A stretch of 39,264 nt of DNA from an uncultured Pleurocapsa sp. (GTDB taxonomy: Bacteria > Chloroflexota > Anaerolineae > Aggregatilineales > Phototrophicaceae), in contig CAYTME010000005.1 in assembly GCA_964438415.1 (NCBI GenBank), forward strand, positions 19,066 to 58,329, in the 5' to 3' direction. Made by a program: the position numbers and the translations under genes. The notes under the pieces are model-generated. The model did no database searches. It saw only the letters and a list, made by a program, of their open reading frames with translations, and was not told where the DNA came from. Position 1 is the stretch's first letter, and the number at the start of each line of letters is the position of its first letter. This document shows, one piece after another, positions 8,491 through 17,395 of this stretch.

Positions 8491-10038
8491 ATGAGGCCCA
8501 GCATCCGAGTCAGCCAGCGCCGGGCAGCAGCTGTGGGTCAATTTCCATGGCTGAGCACCGCCTGGATTGCAGCGGCCTGCTTAGGTGGTCTGGCCATCGC
8601 CTGGCTGCCGCTGCCCGTCGCGCTGGCGCTCTTCGGCGGTGCCTCGGTCGCTGCCGCTGCACTCATGCATCCAGCGGCTCTACTGGTGGTGCTGCTCGTT
8701 TTCGCTCCCATGCGCACCTTGATCGCCACCGAGTTTCCGGCACTCACCGGCACCGGCTGGCCGCTGCCGGTCGACATCGGACAATTGCTTGCGATTGCAT
8801 TCCTCGGTGCGTGGGGATTGCACAAACTGGCGTGGGCGCGCAGGCATCCGATCGCGAGGCAGTTTGCGTGGCCGCCTGTGCTCACTCCGCTGCTGTTTTT
8901 CGTTATTGCAGGGGCACTGACAGCGTTCAGCGCCTGGTCGCTGGCAAGCTGGGTTACCGAGTGGCTTAAGTGGCTGCAGATGCTGCTGATTGCATACGCC
9001 ATCTTCGATCTCGGACGCACCTTCGGCTGGCGCTGGTTCGTCTTCGCCCTCGTGATGAGTGCCCTGTCGAATGCCGTCGTCGGCATCTACCAGTACTTCG
9101 GCGGCAGCGGAGCACTTCATCTGCTCATCAATCCGACGACACCTAACTTCCGCGCCTTCGGCACGTTTGGGCAGCCGAACCCATTTGGCGGCTTCATGGG
9201 TGTGATCGCCCCACTCGCGGTGACAGCCGCACTTGGGTACGGCTGGTCGCTTTGGAGAGGTTGGCGCGGCGGCGATCGCGTGCGGACAGAAACCGTGGTC
9301 GGACTGCTGTTTTATTTCGCAGCGTCGATCGTGATCTGCACATCGCTGATCATGTCGTGGAGCCGTGGGGCGTGGCTCGGTTTCGCCGTCTCGATGGCAG
9401 TAATCATGCTCGTGCTGCCGCGCAAAGCGACTGTGAGCGTGGCGCTAGCTGCAGGGGTGCTGTTGGTGGTCGGCGGCGTCTACGCAAGTGGGCGACTGCC
9501 TGCCGCGATCACGACACGGCTGAGCACGATCACGGAAGATATTTTCGCTGTGCGCGATGCGCGAGGGGTCGATATCACCCCAGACAATTATGCCGTAGTT
9601 GAGCGTCTAGCGCACTGGCAAGCTGCCGTCGAGATGGCGACCGCGCATCCTTGGCTCGGCGTTGGACTTGGCAACTACGAAATCGCCTATCCACAATACC
9701 GATTGATCAACTGGGAATTCCCGCTCGGCCATGCGCATAACTACTACTTGAACGTCTTAGCAGAAACCGGCATCATAGGACTGACAGCGTATGCAGGATT
9801 CTTCCTGTCCCTGGTAAAATATAGTTTGAGAGTACGCCAGCATCCGGATACTGGCTCTCGATTGATCGCCATCGGCATCCTGGCGACGTGGGTATATCTG
9901 TCCATTCACAGCCTCACGGATAACTTGTACGTCAACAATGTGTTTATCCATTTGAGTGTTACGATAGGGATAGTTTGTCTACTCAATGGGGACATCCCGA
10001 ACAGGATGCCGACTCGAGGGCGGAAAAGTCGCACATGA
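8491..10038 (+). CDS. O-antigen ligase/Wzy_C family membrane protein
   Basis: Polytopic; RAFGTFGQPN, SWSRGAWLG, ERLAHW...HPWLGVGLGNY, HAHN.YL...AETG. Confidence 0.9.
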   Translation: MRPSIRVSQRRAAAVGQFPWLSTAWIAAACLGGLAIAWLPLPVALALFGGASVAAAALMHPAALLVVLLVFAPMRTLIATEFPALTGTGWPLPVDIGQLLAIAFLGAWGLHKLAWARRHPIARQFAWPPVLTPLLFFVIAGALTAFSAWSLASWVTEWLKWLQMLLIAYAIFDLGRTFGWRWFVFALVMSALSNAVVGIYQYFGGSGALHLLINPTTPNFRAFGTFGQPNPFGGFMGVIAPLAVTAALGYGWSLWRGWRGGDRVRTETVVGLLFYFAASIVICTSLIMSWSRGAWLGFAVSMAVIMLVLPRKATVSVALAAGVLLVVGGVYASGRLPAAITTRLSTITEDIFAVRDARGVDITPDNYAVVERLAHWQAAVEMATAHPWLGVGLGNYEIAYPQYRLINWEFPLGHAHNYYLNVLAETGIIGLTAYAGFFLSLVKYSLRVRQHPDTGSRLIAIGILATWVYLSIHSLTDNLYVNNVFIHLSVTIGIVCLLNGDIPNRMPTRGRKSRT

Positions 10039-10601
10039 CTCTCAAGACGCTACGTAATCCACTGGACGCACCCATCCTGGCTGTGGCCAGCCGTTTCGGC
10101 GAAAAATCAAAAGAAGTCGAACGTTTCCTGAAGTTCGCCATCGTAGGTGCCTTTGGCTTTGTAGTGGACAGCACGACACTGTTCATCCTGCAAGCGACTA
10201 TCCTGCCTCCCACACTGCAAGCCCCCGATATCCACGTCATACTCGCCTCGACGATCGCCTTTGTCGCTGCGATCTTGAGCAACTTCACTTGGAACCGGTT
10301 GTGGACCTACCCCGACTCGCGCTCGCGTTCGGTGCGCCGTCAGTTGGTGCAGTTCGCACTGATCAACGTCGTTGGCTGGATCGGACGCACCCTGTGGATT
10401 ACACTCGCGCACGAGCCGATCGGGAACTTCCTGATGCCGATCCTGCTGCCAGAGATTCAGCTTTTCCGGCCGGGTTACATCCCCTCACCCACCGGCGCGG
10501 CCAAGCTCGGTACGATGGTCTGCTTGGTCACTGGGGTGGTCATCGTGATGATCTGGAACTTCTTTGCCAATCGCTACTGGACCTACAACGACGTAGACTA
10601 G
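10035..10601 (+). CDS. GtrA family protein (lipid-linked sugar flippase-like)
   Basis: ATGA-coupled start; RFLKFAIVG, SNFTWNRLWTY and WNFFANRYWTY internal repeats. Confidence 0.9.
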   Translation: MTLKTLRNPLDAPILAVASRFGEKSKEVERFLKFAIVGAFGFVVDSTTLFILQATILPPTLQAPDIHVILASTIAFVAAILSNFTWNRLWTYPDSRSRSVRRQLVQFALINVVGWIGRTLWITLAHEPIGNFLMPILLPEIQLFRPGYIPSPTGAAKLGTMVCLVTGVVIVMIWNFFANRYWTYNDVD

Positions 10602-10611
10602 CGCGCACCTT

Positions 10612-11748
10612 GTGACTCGCATCGCCATCGATTACACCGCTGCCCACAAACAGGGTGGCGGCATTGGCAGGTATGTCCGCGAGCTGGTTGCAGCGCTCGC
10701 ACGACAGCCGGCACACTTTCAGTATCATCTATTCGCCGCTGGTGCGCGCCAATCCGATCTGCACAATTTGCCGGGAGACAACTTCACCTGGCACTCGACC
10801 CGCATCACACCACGATGGTTCGCAAGGATCTGGCACAGGCTGCGACTGCCGCTGCCGGTTGAAGTCTTTACCGGCGCGATCGAGCTGTATCATGCAACCG
10901 ACTTCGTACTGCCGCCTACGCTTCCGCGCACACGCACGCTGCTCACTGTCCATGATCTTTCGTTCGTACGTGTACCGGAAAGCGCAAGTCCAAGTCTGAA
11001 AGCCTATCTCGACACCGTGGTGCCGCGCTCCGCCCGACGCGCCGATCACATTCTAGCTGACTCTCAGGCGACAAAAGACGACCTTGTCGAACTGTATCAT
11101 CTGCCAGCGGATAAAATCACGGTTCTGCTCAGCGGTGTCGATCCGCGTTTTCGTCCAGCAGACGAAGCTGCGCGCCGGGATATCCGTCTCCGACTAAAGC
11201 TTGACGCACGCCCCTACATTCTCGCCGTGGGGACGGTGCAGCCGCGCAAGAATTACATTAGATTGATCGAGGCTGTCGCGCAAGTGCGCTGCGAAGGGCA
11301 TGATCTGCAATTGGTGATTGCAGGTGGCAAAGGTTGGCTCGACGATCCAATTTATCGCGCGGTCGAAAAGCTGAGCCTGAGCGACAGCATCCGCTTCACC
11401 GGCTTCATCGCTGACAGCGATCTGCCTGCGCTCTACAGTGAAGCGCGCTGTCTCGCTTTTCCTTCGCTGTACGAAGGCTTCGGGCTGCCGATTTTAGAGG
11501 CCATGGCGTGCGGCACGCCTGTGGTCACGTCGAACAGCTCCTCGATGCCGGAAGCAGCGGGAGACGCTGCCCTCCTCATCGATCCTTACGACAGCAGTGC
11601 ATTGGCCGGTGCGCTCGTTCGACTGCACAGTGACGAGTCGCTGCGCGAACGACTCATCACGCGCGGTCGCAGCCGTGCCACGCTTTTCACTTGGGATCGT
11701 GCTGCATCACAACTTCTCGACATCTACAGGCACCTGCTATCAACTTGA
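10612..11748 (+). CDS. Glycosyltransferase family 4 (MtfB-like)
   Basis: GGIGRY, TVHDL, VGT.QPRKN, FPSLYEGFGLPILEAMACG. Confidence 0.92.
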   Translation: MTRIAIDYTAAHKQGGGIGRYVRELVAALARQPAHFQYHLFAAGARQSDLHNLPGDNFTWHSTRITPRWFARIWHRLRLPLPVEVFTGAIELYHATDFVLPPTLPRTRTLLTVHDLSFVRVPESASPSLKAYLDTVVPRSARRADHILADSQATKDDLVELYHLPADKITVLLSGVDPRFRPADEAARRDIRLRLKLDARPYILAVGTVQPRKNYIRLIEAVAQVRCEGHDLQLVIAGGKGWLDDPIYRAVEKLSLSDSIRFTGFIADSDLPALYSEARCLAFPSLYEGFGLPILEAMACGTPVVTSNSSSMPEAAGDAALLIDPYDSSALAGALVRLHSDESLRERLITRGRSRATLFTWDRAASQLLDIYRHLLST

Positions 11749-11901
11749 CGGTGAGAGCAGAGCGGCATACATGGAACTTGTGCTGAAACAAATTGCGTAA
11801 AAAGTGACTTAAAATTACAAGCTTTACGTGCAGGCGCGGCCAGCTCACACTACAATCATAAATGTTCCAATATCACCATGGGATTTTATAGGTTCATCGC
11901 A

Positions 11902-12297
11902 ATGCTTCGTAAATTCACCATCGATCCAGCCAAGCCCTTCTTCGTGTTCGACACCTACGGGGACTGGCACGCCACCAAACTAGGTGAATACCTATTCGAC
12001 AGCCGGGGCGATTACATCGGCTTCGTGCTCGGTGAAGCACACGATGTCTACACGGCGGATGGAGAATGGATCGGCAATCTGTCCCCAGATGGGCGCATCA
12101 TCCGCAAAAGGAACTATGACCGCCCACCGCTCTATCCCAATCCACCGCAGCGGCCACCCAAACCGCGCAATTTGCCGGGGCGAGCCCCACTTCCCCCGAT
12201 GACGGGCGACCTTGGCTATGACAAAGTCGATGTCCTTGACTGGGATCCCGATGTCTTCAAGCGAGTCTCGGACTTGAAGAAAGACGCGGGCGAATAA
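11902..12297 (+). CDS. Small beta-repeat protein (4-fold beta-flower-like) with Pro-rich tail
   Basis: Repeats FDTYGDW / FDSRGDYIG / YTADGEWIG; alternative start at 11878. Confidence 0.6.
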   Translation: MLRKFTIDPAKPFFVFDTYGDWHATKLGEYLFDSRGDYIGFVLGEAHDVYTADGEWIGNLSPDGRIIRKRNYDRPPLYPNPPQRPPKPRNLPGRAPLPPMTGDLGYDKVDVLDWDPDVFKRVSDLKKDAGE

Positions 12298-12314
12298 GCG
12301 CGCTTTCCCCACAT

Positions 12315-12354
12315 GCGAGCGGGTAGGGCGCCCACCCACGCTCTACCTGTTCGC
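12315..12354 (+). terminator. Long GC-rich hairpin containing a GTAG REP-like core
   Basis: GCGAGCGGGTAGGGCG-CCCACCCA-CGCTCTACCTGTTCGC: 16-bp stem with three G:U pairs. Confidence 0.55.
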
Positions 12355-12497
12355 GCCAATCCCCCGGTTCAACGCCATCATCCTGCTGCCCTGGAACTGC
12401 ATGGTTGCTCGATTTGGCCTCCTCGTCCGTTGTCGGGACAAGGCATTTATGGTTCAATTGCGATCGGCAGAATCGATCGTACAAGGTCAGCATTCAT

Positions 12498-12974
12498 ATG
12501 ACCACCATCCGTCATAGCAAACGCATCGCCGACTCGCGCTTCACACTCAGTGCATTGATGGGGCCGCAAGATGCCAACAGCATGGGCAATGTTCACGGCG
12601 GCGTCATTATGAAGATGGTCGATGAGGCTGGAGCGCTGGTTGCCATGCGCCATGCGAACCTGCCTGTAGTCACAGTTGCGATCGACTCGATGACTTTTCG
12701 TGAGCCGATCTATCTGAGAAACCTCGTCCTGTGCAAAGCGGAGCTGACCTACGTCGGACGGACTTCGATGGAAGTCTATGTAGAGGTGAGCGCAGAGGAC
12801 CCGTTGAGCGGCGATACGCGCATCACCAACCAAGCCTACTGCGTTTACGTGGCGCTCACACCGGAGGGACGGCCAGCGGCTGTGCCCGAAATAGCATTCG
12901 AAAGTGAACAGGAACGCGCTCGCGCTGCCCAGGCCGCCGAGCGGCAGGCGTATCGAAAGCGTAACCGTGTATGA
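12498..12974 (+). CDS. Acyl-CoA thioesterase (hotdog fold, YciA-like)
   Basis: P.DAN..GNVHGG..MK..DE, VVTVAID...F..P, VGRTSMEV.V.V. Confidence 0.92.
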   Translation: MTTIRHSKRIADSRFTLSALMGPQDANSMGNVHGGVIMKMVDEAGALVAMRHANLPVVTVAIDSMTFREPIYLRNLVLCKAELTYVGRTSMEVYVEVSAEDPLSGDTRITNQAYCVYVALTPEGRPAAVPEIAFESEQERARAAQAAERQAYRKRNRV

Positions 12975-13059
12975 AACACCCACGCGGCTCACCAATGCAG
13001 TCCTGTCGAGCCGATAGCTATGCCGAAATGGTGCTGATCACGAAAGCGAAGCGTTTGTC

Positions 13060-14223
13060 ATGACCGACCTGCTGCCCGATCTCGAAAGCGGACAATCGTC
13101 GCTGCTGCTTCGCCTGCTCAATCGCGCTGGTGCGCGCGCTGTTCTCGCTGCGGAAGCACCCGATCTCGGTCTCGCTGACGTGCGGCCATATCCATTCCTG
13201 GCGATGGTCGGCCAGTATGAAATGCGCATTGCGCTGCTGCTCGCAATCATTAACCCCGCCATCGGCGGCGTCCTTCTGATCGGCCCCCGCGGTACCGGCA
13301 AGACGACCGCCGTCCGCAGCCTGATCGACCTGCTGCCCGATACCGAGGTGTCTGACTGCGACGAAGGCGCGCTGCCCGAAGACCTTCAGCACGAGTCGGC
13401 GCGGCTGCTGTATCCGGACTGCTACGAACGCTATCACAACGGAGAAACGATCTCCCATTACGAGCGCGTCAAATTGGTCGAGCTGCCGCTCAACGCCCGT
13501 CTCGACGATGTCGTTGGCGGCATCAACGAGCGCATTGCTGCCCAGGGACGGATCAAACTCGAACGCGGCATTCTGGCCCGCGCCGACAACAATCTGCTCT
13601 ACATCGATGAAGTTAACCTGCTGAATGATGAAATTGTCGATGCGATCCTCGATGCAGCGGCGCAGGGCAGCTACACCGTGCGCCGCGGCGCAATGGTCGG
13701 CACATACCGCTCACGCTTGGTCTTGATCGGATCGATGAACCCTGAAGAAGGGCGTCTGCGACCGCAAATCCTCGACCGCTTCGGCCTGCGCGTCAACGTG
13801 CGCGGATTGGTCGATAAGTCCGAGCGTCTGGAAGTCTACAACCGGGTTCGCATCTACCGGCTCCAGCCCAATGCATTCAGCCGTCAATGGGATGAGATCA
13901 CAGCCAGTGTGCGCGATGACGTGCTCAACGCGCGCGCACTCCTGCGCGAGACGACCCTTGCCGATGATGCGGTCGAAATCGGACTGCGTCTCGTGGAGCA
14001 GCTTCAGATCGACTCGCACCGCGCCGAGTACACGATGTTCGAGGCCGCGCGTGCCCATGCCGCCGCTGACGGACGCACACTTGCCACTATCGACGACATT
14101 CGCACTGTGGCTCCAATGGCGCTGCGCCAGCGACGCAGCGAGTTCATGGTCAACTTTTTTGAGCAGCAGCGTGACGAAGATGAACAGATCCGTGCCTACA
14201 TCGATGCGCTGGCCGGGGGCTAA
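13060..14223 (+). CDS. Magnesium-chelatase subunit I-like AAA+ ATPase
   Basis: YPFLAMVGQ, Walker A GPRGTGKT, VELPLNA, Walker B LYIDEVNLL, GSMNPEEGRLRPQILDRFG. Confidence 0.88.
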   Translation: MTDLLPDLESGQSSLLLRLLNRAGARAVLAAEAPDLGLADVRPYPFLAMVGQYEMRIALLLAIINPAIGGVLLIGPRGTGKTTAVRSLIDLLPDTEVSDCDEGALPEDLQHESARLLYPDCYERYHNGETISHYERVKLVELPLNARLDDVVGGINERIAAQGRIKLERGILARADNNLLYIDEVNLLNDEIVDAILDAAAQGSYTVRRGAMVGTYRSRLVLIGSMNPEEGRLRPQILDRFGLRVNVRGLVDKSERLEVYNRVRIYRLQPNAFSRQWDEITASVRDDVLNARALLRETTLADDAVEIGLRLVEQLQIDSHRAEYTMFEAARAHAAADGRTLATIDDIRTVAPMALRQRRSEFMVNFFEQQRDEDEQIRAYIDALAGG

Positions 14224-14224
14224 C

Positions 14225-14839
14225 GTGCAGGCTCGTTCCGCCCTCACCATCCTGCTGTTGATCATCGCGTACGCAGCACTCCCCTGGATGACGCACAGCA
14301 GTGTCGCGCTCACCGTCAATGCCTATGACCTGGCCGAGTGGGTGAGCATAGATCCTGCGGTGCGCGCGGACTCCCTGCTGCTCACGCCGCTGCTCCTGCG
14401 CCTGCCGTTGGTTTGCATCGCATGGTATATCGCGCTCAGCGGCCGTTCGTGGCTGCGTATCGGCGCGATCGGCCTGCTGGCGGCGGCGCTGCTGCCACCC
14501 CTCGAATTCTTGGGCAGCGCATCCAACGACCCGAATTACCGGCAGCAGTTTGCGCTTGCCCTGCTCACACTGATGACGGGGCTGGTTCTGTTTACCTCGA
14601 CGCCGCCGCGCCACCGCGCTGCGCTCAGCGCAGTCATATTGTCGATCGGATTGGCGTCGGGGGTCTTGGGGCTTGCGCGCGCCCTGCCGCTGCTGTCAAG
14701 CTTCGATATGCATGTAATGCCGGGAGCCGGAGCCATTGCATTCAGTCTGATTTCGCTTGCGGTGATCCTCATCGGGCTGCACCGCCATGCGCCGGCAGCG
14801 CAATCGACTGCGGTTTTCCTGCGCGAAACACTATCGTAG
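14225..14839 (+). CDS. Hypothetical polytopic membrane protein
   Basis: GTG one base after the AAA+ stop; about 5-6 hydrophobic segments. The longer track ORF overlaps the AAA+ gene. Confidence 0.7.
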   Translation: MQARSALTILLLIIAYAALPWMTHSSVALTVNAYDLAEWVSIDPAVRADSLLLTPLLLRLPLVCIAWYIALSGRSWLRIGAIGLLAAALLPPLEFLGSASNDPNYRQQFALALLTLMTGLVLFTSTPPRHRAALSAVILSIGLASGVLGLARALPLLSSFDMHVMPGAGAIAFSLISLAVILIGLHRHAPAAQSTAVFLRETLS

Positions 14840-14849
14840 GAGACATGCC

Positions 14850-15113
14850 ATCGAATGCCGAGTCGGATGCGGCGCGTGCTGCATCGTCATCTCCATCTCG
14901 TCGCCGATACCGGGCATGCCGAACGGCAAGCCCGCAGGTGTCCGCTGCGTCCAGCTCACCTCCGACAACCGCTGCCAGTTATTCGGCCGGCCAGAGCGTC
15001 CCCAGGTATGTTCCAACCTGCGACCTGGACGTGATATCTGCGGTGACAGCGATGCTGAAGCTTTCGTTTTGCTAGCAGAACTGGAACGGCTGACGACGCC
15101 TGGGGAAACCTAA
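14850..15113 (+). CDS. YkgJ/YeiW family cysteine-cluster protein
   Basis: ECRVGCGACC...ISSPIPGMP.GKPA...C.QL....C..F..PERP.VC. Start uncertain (ATC 14850 vs ATG 14787). Confidence 0.85.
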   Translation: MECRVGCGACCIVISISSPIPGMPNGKPAGVRCVQLTSDNRCQLFGRPERPQVCSNLRPGRDICGDSDAEAFVLLAELERLTTPGET

Positions 15114-15712
15114 TCATCTAGCGTGAGAAGCACGTGCAGCGATCCGGAGCCATTGAAAGTCAGCTCGATCCTGTCCAGTTTGGCTTTGATTCCCGCGCGT
15201 TCAAGCTGGACGGGGAGTGTGCGCCGGATGATCTCGTTGGGTTCGCTGAGCTCACGGCGTGCGATGGCACGGACATTCAGAATGCGCAGCGCTGCCTTCG
15301 CAGCGAAGTCGAGACTGCGCGTATTCTCCTTGACTACAACATCGCCGCCTTTCAAGCGCAGTTTTCCGGATACCTTCGGATGATTCTCTAAGGTGTACGT
15401 AAACTGGAGAAATGCCACGATCGGCGCGTGCACATGCACCTCGCAGAAGACATTCGCCTGCTGCGCCACGATCTCGACCTGCATCTGAGAGACGTTGTGA
15501 GTGATCGGCACATCGATACCGGCAAATCGCTGCTCATCCACCAACGTGAAAACAACGTTCTTGAGAATCGGTTCTAAATCCCGGCTGGTCAGATCACCTT
15601 CAAATGCGCCGCAAGCGCGCAAAGTGTCGGCGATATGCTGTTCAACCGACCGCGTGCCGCGGCTCAGAGTTTCGGCGATTTGACGCTTGACGCTGGTCTG
15701 ATTATTGGGCAT
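15110..15712 (-). CDS. Hypothetical protein (~200 aa)
   Basis: Long ORF filling the gap with protein-like composition. ATG 15712 preferred because the upstream extension runs through AT-rich intergenic DNA and a terminator. Confidence 0.7.
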   Translation of the reverse strand: MPNNQTSVKRQIAETLSRGTRSVEQHIADTLRACGAFEGDLTSRDLEPILKNVVFTLVDEQRFAGIDVPITHNVSQMQVEIVAQQANVFCEVHVHAPIVAFLQFTYTLENHPKVSGKLRLKGGDVVVKENTRSLDFAAKAALRILNVRAIARRELSEPNEIIRRTLPVQLERAGIKAKLDRIELTFNGSGSLHVLLTLDD

Positions 15713-15863
15713 GAGGCCTGATTTACCAACACAACATAATATAAAACCGGTGTCTACGCCTACAGCCTGTTGTACACCCTCCAACGAAGTCGCTGGCTGG
15801 TCGCAAATTGGGCACACTATACAGCCGACATTGTAGTGTAAGTCAGCTCCGAAAAAGATAAGG

Positions 15864-15892
15864 AAACAAAAACAGGGCAGCATGGGCTGCCC
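15864..15892 (-). terminator. Rho-independent terminator of acpP
   Basis: On the minus strand GGGCAGC-CCAT-GCTGCCC followed by TGTTTTTGTTT. Confidence 0.75.
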
Positions 15893-15937
15893 CATCGCGT
15901 CATCAAGACCCGTTCACGCCTGCTTGAGTCAACTCGT

Positions 15938-16177
15938 TCAGCCGCCCATGTGTTCCTTCAGGTACGATACGGCTTCGCCCACAGTCGTGATCTTCTGGGC
16001 ATCCTCGTCTGTGATTTCGCCGCCAAATTCCTCTTCAAAAGCCATGATCAGTTCGACCAGATCGAGCGAGTCGGCCTCGAGATCCTCTTTGAAGCGTGCT
16101 TCCGGCGTAACCTTCTCGGCGTCCACCCCCAGCAGATCCACCACAATATTCGTCACGCGTTCTTCAATCGACGCCAT
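15938..16177 (-). CDS. acpP: Acyl carrier protein
   Basis: [21 protein letters not shown] phosphopantetheine motif; GGAGGG RBS. Confidence 0.97.
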   Translation of the reverse strand: MASIEERVTNIVVDLLGVDAEKVTPEARFKEDLEADSLDLVELIMAFEEEFGGEITDEDAQKITTVGEAVSYLKEHMGG

Positions 16178-16228
16178 TAGAACTTTCCCTCCCTCGGGAG
16201 CATTGGATTGGCAAAATCAGTGCGCCAG

Positions 16229-16257
16229 ATTATACAGTCAATGTCACGTCGTGCCAG
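16229..16257 (-). promoter_or_regulatory. Sigma70-type promoter of acpP
   Basis: Minus strand CTGGCA-N17-TATAAT. Confidence 0.6.
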
Positions 16258-16277
16258 TGTTTTCAGCCGAACACCAT

Positions 16278-16306
16278 TTGACACTATGCACGCACATCTG
16301 TAGCAT
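16278..16306 (+). promoter_or_regulatory. Sigma70-type promoter of fni and prenyl synthase
   Basis: TTGACA-N17-TAGCAT. Confidence 0.65.
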
Positions 16307-16336
16307 TATCGGCGCTAAAGTAAGGAACACCACTCT

Positions 16337-17377
16337 ATGCCCGAAGTCACGACTAATCCGTCGATTGAGGATCGCAAGGTCGATCACATTCGCATTAACC
16401 TCGAACGCGACGTTCAATTCCCCCATCTGACCACCGGCCTCGAACGCTACCGTTTCCTTCACAATGCTTTACCGGAGATCGATCTTAATCATCTCGACAG
16501 CACTGTAACGTTGTTCGGTAAAACCTTGACTGCGCCGATCCTGATCTCATCGATGACGGGCGGTGCGGAGATGGCACACCGCATCAACCGGAGGCTGGCA
16601 GAAGCGGCGCAGGCACACGGCATTGCGATGGGTCTCGGTTCACAGCGTGCCGGCCTGAAAGACCCCGCTCTTGCCTACACCTACCAGGTGCGCGATCTGG
16701 CACCGGATATCCTCCTGTTCGGCAATGTCGGCGCGGTGCAGCTTAATTATGGTTACGGTGTCGATGAGTGCCGCCGATGTGTCGAGATGATCGAGGCAGA
16801 TGCTCTCATCCTACACTTCAATGTGCTGCAAGAAGCCGTCCAGCCCGAAGGGGATACGAATTTTGCTGGGCTGCTCGGGCGAGTCGAAACAGTCTGCAAA
16901 ACGCTCGGTGTCCCCGTGATCGCGAAAGAAGTTGGCTGGGGATTCAGTGAACAGAACTGCCGCGATCTGCACAATGCGGGCGTCGCCGCCATCGATGTCG
17001 CTGGCAGCGGCGGTACGTCCTGGAGCGAAGTCGAGTATCACCGCGCACCAACGGCGCTGCACGCGCGTATCGCTGCCGCTTTCGCTGATTGGGGTATCCC
17101 AACTGCTCAGGCCGTGCAGTACGCCGTCCGCGGCGCGCCGGGGCTGCCGATCATCGCCAGCGGCGGCCTACGTGATGGCATCGATATCGCCAAGTGCATT
17201 GCGCTTGGCGCTGTCGTTGGCGGCATCGCCGGTCCGTTCCTCAAAGCGGCCGATCACTCGACAGAGGCGGTCTCAGAATTTATCGTCGAGCTGACCAGCC
17301 AGATTCGCATCGCCATGCTTTGCAGCGGAGCGAAGACGGTGGCGGACCTGCAGCGCATACCTCTATTGGAAGTCTGA
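16337..17377 (+). CDS. fni: Type 2 (FMN-dependent) isopentenyl-diphosphate isomerase
   Basis: [51 protein letters not shown]. Confidence 0.96.
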   Translation: MPEVTTNPSIEDRKVDHIRINLERDVQFPHLTTGLERYRFLHNALPEIDLNHLDSTVTLFGKTLTAPILISSMTGGAEMAHRINRRLAEAAQAHGIAMGLGSQRAGLKDPALAYTYQVRDLAPDILLFGNVGAVQLNYGYGVDECRRCVEMIEADALILHFNVLQEAVQPEGDTNFAGLLGRVETVCKTLGVPVIAKEVGWGFSEQNCRDLHNAGVAAIDVAGSGGTSWSEVEYHRAPTALHARIAAAFADWGIPTAQAVQYAVRGAPGLPIIASGGLRDGIDIAKCIALGAVVGGIAGPFLKAADHSTEAVSEFIVELTSQIRIAMLCSGAKTVADLQRIPLLEV

Positions 17378-17395
17378 GCCAAAAAAGGACACCAA

